From the human T2T-CHM13v2.0 reference genome, Homo sapiens, in NCBI RefSeq assembly GCF_009914755.1, contig NC_060930.1: a DNA stretch of 64,000 nucleotides, one strand, 5' to 3'. Both the position numbers and the translations under genes were made by a program. Of this stretch, positions 54,750-64,000 are shown piece after piece (the first letter of the stretch is position 1; each line of letters starts with the position of its first letter). The notes under the pieces are model-generated. The model did no database searches and was not told where the DNA came from. It worked only from the letters and a program-made list of their open reading frames with translations.

Positions 54750-55714
54750 TGGTATTTGTTATCTAGCAATGCAAGCTAAATAGAAAGGTTTAGGAACATT
54801 TGCCTAAAAACTTACCTGCTATACTTTTCTCTTGAATCTGCCTTGTAACCTCCTAATGTTGAATGTACTGTGCCACAAGAAGAATTTCCAATAAAGTCTA
54901 GTCTTATTTCTGTTCTTGAGTGTTATGAGGTCATATAGACCTTATTTAAGGAAAGCTTGTTTTGGAGAATTCACAAGAAGTGCTATATTGTTAAGTTTTC
55001 TAGTATTTAAAACAATATTTACTAGATTGCTAGATTCAGAACAATTAGATTGCATTCTTCTTGGCTTTAATAAGACCAGTGATGTTTAATTATTTATGAC
55101 TTGCTCAGCACAGAAGTAAACTAGAAACTACAGTGACGCTTGCATTTTTCAATATGAGAATTTACTTGTGCCCAGTATTTTAGCTGCACAAATAATAGTA
55201 ATTTCCTTATTGTCCTATTTCTGTTTTTATCCCACCGCTGACCTCTTATCTTGCATTTCCAAATACCTGATAGGCAATTTAATGCCCTATACTTCAACTC
55301 ATTATGCCCTCAAATAATATCAAGTCATTTTCTTTCCTCTTTTTCCTTCTGTTTCCTGTTTCTTGTAATAGGGGCTTGAATTCCCGGAGTAATCTTTTTC
55401 ATCTCTGCTTGTGCCCCAGTATCCAATCACTGGCCAAATCCTATGATCTGTCTTTTTCTCCCTTCCCACTACCTTAGTTCACTCACTGTAGCCATATTAT
55501 TTTAATACTGTCTTGATATCTTTACCTTCATTACCAATTTAGGTAACATGACAGCTAGATTAGATTTCTTAAAGACAATCATCTTAGTACCTTGCTCTGC
55601 AACTCTCAGTGGCTCACCCCTGACAGGGAAGTACATTTACACTCATTAGCCTGGCATGTGAGGTCCTAAAAGAATATATCAGGGTAAATATTCCCAACAT
55701 GCATCTTGCTTTGC

Positions 55715-56198
55715 ACCCTTCCCTGCCTCTGATGTCTATCATTCTATTCTCTATGTCAATGAGATCAAATTTTGTAGCTCCTATGAGTGAAAACATGCAG
55801 TATTTGTCTTTCTGTGTCTGTGTATTTCACTTGATGTAATGATCTCCAGTTCCTTCCATGTTGCTGCTAGTGACATAATTTCATTCTTTTTTATGGCCAA
55901 ATAGTATTCCATTGTATGCATATATTATAACACATTTTCTTTATTTATCCATTCCTTGTTTGTGGACACTTAGGTGGATTCCATATTTTTGCTATTGTGA
56001 ATGGTGCTGCAGTAAACATGCAAATGCAGGTATCTCTTTGATGTAATGATTTATTTTACTTTGGATAGATACCCAATAGTGGGATTGCTATGGTAGTTCT
56101 ATTAATATTTTAGTTTTTTAAGAAATCTCCATACTGTTTTCCATAATGGTTGTACTAATTTACATTCCCAACAACAGTGTGTGAGTTCCATTTTCTTT
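55715..56198 (-). mobile_element. Older L1 (L1MA/L1PB) 3' part, host of the L1PA insertion
   Basis: 3'UTR motifs (atgagatcaaattttgtagctcc, tatttgtctttctgtg); sequence resumes at 60944. Confidence 0.85.
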
Positions 56199-60943
<4,745 letters not shown>

Positions 60944-63900
60944 TGAGTTCCCTTTTCTTTACATCCTCACCAGCGTCTATTATTTCTTGTTTTTTTTTTT
61001 GTAATAGCCATTCTATCTGGGATAGGATGATGTCTAATTATGGTTTTGATTTGCATGTCCCTGATGATCAGTGATATTGAGCATTTTTTCATGTACTCAT
61101 CAACTATTTGTCATCTTTTGAGAATTGTCTATTCATGTTCTTTGCCCACTTCTTAATGGGATTACTTTTTTTTTTATGGTTGGGTTCCTTATATATTCTG
61201 GATATCAGTCCTTGTTAGATAAATAGAGTGCAGATATTTTCTCCCATTCAACATGTTGTGTCTTCACTCTCTTGATTGTTTCCTTTGCTGTGTAGAAACT
61301 TTTAAGTTTAATATAGTTACATTTGTCTATTTTTGTGTTGTCTGTGCTTTTGAGGTCTTAACCATAAAATCTTTGCTTAGACCAATGTCATGAAGTGTTT
61401 TTCCAGTGTTTTCTTCTAGTGATTTTATAGTTTCGGGTCTATATTTTAAGTCTTTAATCCATTTTGAGTTGATTTTTTAATATGGTGAAATATTGGAGTT
61501 CATTTTCATTCTTCTGCATATGGATATCCAATTTTCCCAGCACCATTTATTGAAGAAGGTGTCCTTTCCTCATTGTATATTCTTGACGTCATTGTTGAAA
61601 ATCAGTTGGCTATAAATATGTGGATTTATTTCTGGGTTCTCTGCTCTGTTCTGTTGGTTTATATGTCTAGTTTCATACCAATACTGTGCTGTTTTGGTTA
61701 CTACAGCCTTGGAATATATTTTGAAATCAGGTAGTATGATGTCACCATCTTTGTTCTTTTTGCTCAGGATTGCTTTGGCTATTCTAGTGGGTTTTTGGTT
61801 CCATATGAATTTTAGGATTGTTTTTTCTATTTCTGTGAAAAATAACAGTGGTATTTTGATAAGGATTGCATTGATTCTGCATATTGCTTTGGGCTGTATG
61901 TTCCTTCTGATTGTTACTAATTCTTCTGATCCATGAGCACAGTATATCTTTCCATTTGTTTGTGTCCTTTCACCAGTTGTGTTCTTTCATCAATGTTCTG
62001 TAGTTTTACTTGTAGAGATCTTTCATCTCTTTGGTTAAATTTATCTGTAGCTTTCTTTCTTTCTTTGTAGCTATGGTTAATGGGATTGTCTTCTTGATTT
62101 CTTTTTCAGCTATTTTATTATTGGCGTATAGAAACACTGCTGAGTTTTGTATGTTGATTTTGTGTCTTGTAACTTTACTGAATTTGTTTATCAGCTCTAA
62201 GGTATTTGGTGGAGTCTTTTGGTTTTTCTAAATACAAAATAGTATTTGTTAAAAGGGACAGTTTGACTTTCTCTTTTCTAATATGGATGCTTTTTATTTC
62301 TTTCTCTTGCATTGCTCTGTCTAGAACTTCCAGTACTGTATTAAATAGGGGTAGTGAAAGTGGGCGTCCTGTCTTGTTCCAGTTCTTAGTGAAAAGGCTT
62401 TTAACTTTTCCCAGTGCAATATGTTGTTAGCTGTGGGTTTGTCATATATGGCCTTTTATTATTTTGAGGTATATTCCTTCTATGTCTAGTTTGTTGAGAG
62501 TTTTTATTATGTAAGAATGTTGAACTTTATGAAATACTTTTTTGTGTGACTGAGATGATCATACAGTTTCTGTTTTTCATTCTGTTGATGTGATGTATCA
62601 CATTTACTAATTTGTGTGTATGTTAAACCATCCCTGACTCCTTGGGATAAATTCCACTTCATCATGTTTTATTATATTTTTGATGTGCTGTCAAATTCAT
62701 TTGGCTAGTGTTTTCTTGACATTTTTCCATTTATGTTTATCAGTGATATTGTAGTTTTGTGGGGTTTTTTTGGTTGTTGTTTTTGTACACTTACTTGGTT
62801 TTGGTATCAGGGTAATGCTGGCCTTGTAGAATAAATTGGGGCGAATTCCCTTCTCTTCAATTTTTTGGAATAATTTGAGGAGGATTTTGATTTACTCTTC
62901 TTTCTACATTTGGTAAAATTTTACAGTGAATCCATCTAGTCCTTTGTTGTTGCTGTTGCTGTTGTTGTTCTTGGGAGTTTTTTTTATTACTGATTCAATC
63001 TTGCTACTGGTTATTGGTCTGTTCATGTTTTCTATTTCTTCCTGATTCAATCTTGATAGGTTGTATGTTTCCAGGAATTTATCCATTTTCTCTAGGTTTT
63101 CCAGTTTGTTAATATATAGTTGCTCATAACAGTCTCTGATGATCCTTTGTATTTCTTTGGTATCAGTTGTGTTGTCTCCTTTTCATTTCTGATTTTGTTT
63201 ACTTAGGTCTTCCCTTTTTTTGGTTATTCTAGCTAGTGGCTTATCAATTTTGTTTTATCTTTTCAAAAATCAACTTTTTGTTTTATTGATCCTTTGTATC
63301 TTTTTAAAAAATCTATTTCATATAGTTCTGCTCTGACAGTTATTATTTCTTTTCTTCTCCTAATATTGCCTTTGGTTTGTTCTTGCTTTTCTAGTTCCTT
63401 GAGGTACATTGTTAGATTGTTTATTTGAAATCTGTCAACTTTTTTGGAGTAGGCATTTATTGCTATAAACTTCCCCCTTAGATACTGCTTTTGCTATTCC
63501 ACAGGTTTTGGTATGCTGCATTTCTATTTTCATTTGTTTCAAGAAATTTTTTTATTTCCATTTTAATTTCTTCTTTGACTGAATGGTGATTCAGGAGCAT
63601 GTTGTTTAATTTCCATGTATTTGTATGGTTTTGAAAGTTCCTGTTAGTATTGATTTATTTTACTGGGGCCTGAAAATATACTCAAGAGGATTTCAGTGCT
63701 TAAAAATATGTTGAGACTTGTTTTGTAGCCTAACATATGTCTGTCATGGACAACGTTATATGTGCTGATGAAAAAAAATGTGTATTCTGCAATCGTTGGA
63801 TAAATGTTTTATAAATGTCTGCTAGGTCCATTGGTCTGAAGTCCAGTTTAAATCCAATGTTTGTTGATTTTTCTCCCTAGATGATCCGTCTAATGCTGAG

Positions 63901-64000
63901 AATGGGATTTTGAACTCCCCCACTATTATTGTATTGGAGTTTCTCTCTCTCTTTAGATCAAATAATACTTTGCTTTTGAATGTGTTTTGTATATCATTCA
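60944..64000 (-). mobile_element. Older L1 (L1MA/L1PB) ORF2 region, continues past the window end
   Basis: Degenerate ORF2 ([27 protein letters not shown] at 62904-63086). Confidence 0.9.

Overview
Primate (almost certainly human) genomic DNA containing the complete RIPPLY2 gene (+ strand, 4 coding exons 12700-16672, 128 aa, with WRPW and FPIQ motifs) and, about 2.2 kb downstream on the same strand, the first three coding exons of CYB5R4/NCB5OR (19066-19140, 23458-23611, 52806-52906; residues 1-110 including the cytochrome b5 HPGG heme ligand His89). CYB5R4 continues beyond the window. The rest is mostly transposon-derived: 14 Alu elements or fragments, L2/MIR, old L1M, MaLR/ERV solo LTRs, Tigger/Charlie DNA transposons, a near full-length Tigger1 with nested inserts, and a 4.7-kb L1PA inserted into an older L1. 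I found no convincing new multi-gene system, and most ORFs in the track are spurious or retroelement-derived. The best leads are: a frame-compatible RIPPLY2-to-CYB5R4 read-through fusion; a G-quadruplex/hairpin plus uORF just before the CYB5R4 ATG; solo LTRs carrying intact ARE/AP-1, D-box and GAS motifs in CYB5R4 intron 2; a strong unused splice acceptor; segmentation-clock-type motifs around RIPPLY2; and several local duplication or templated-insertion scars. Repeat subfamily names come from remembered consensus sequences and need confirmation with RepeatMasker/Dfam.
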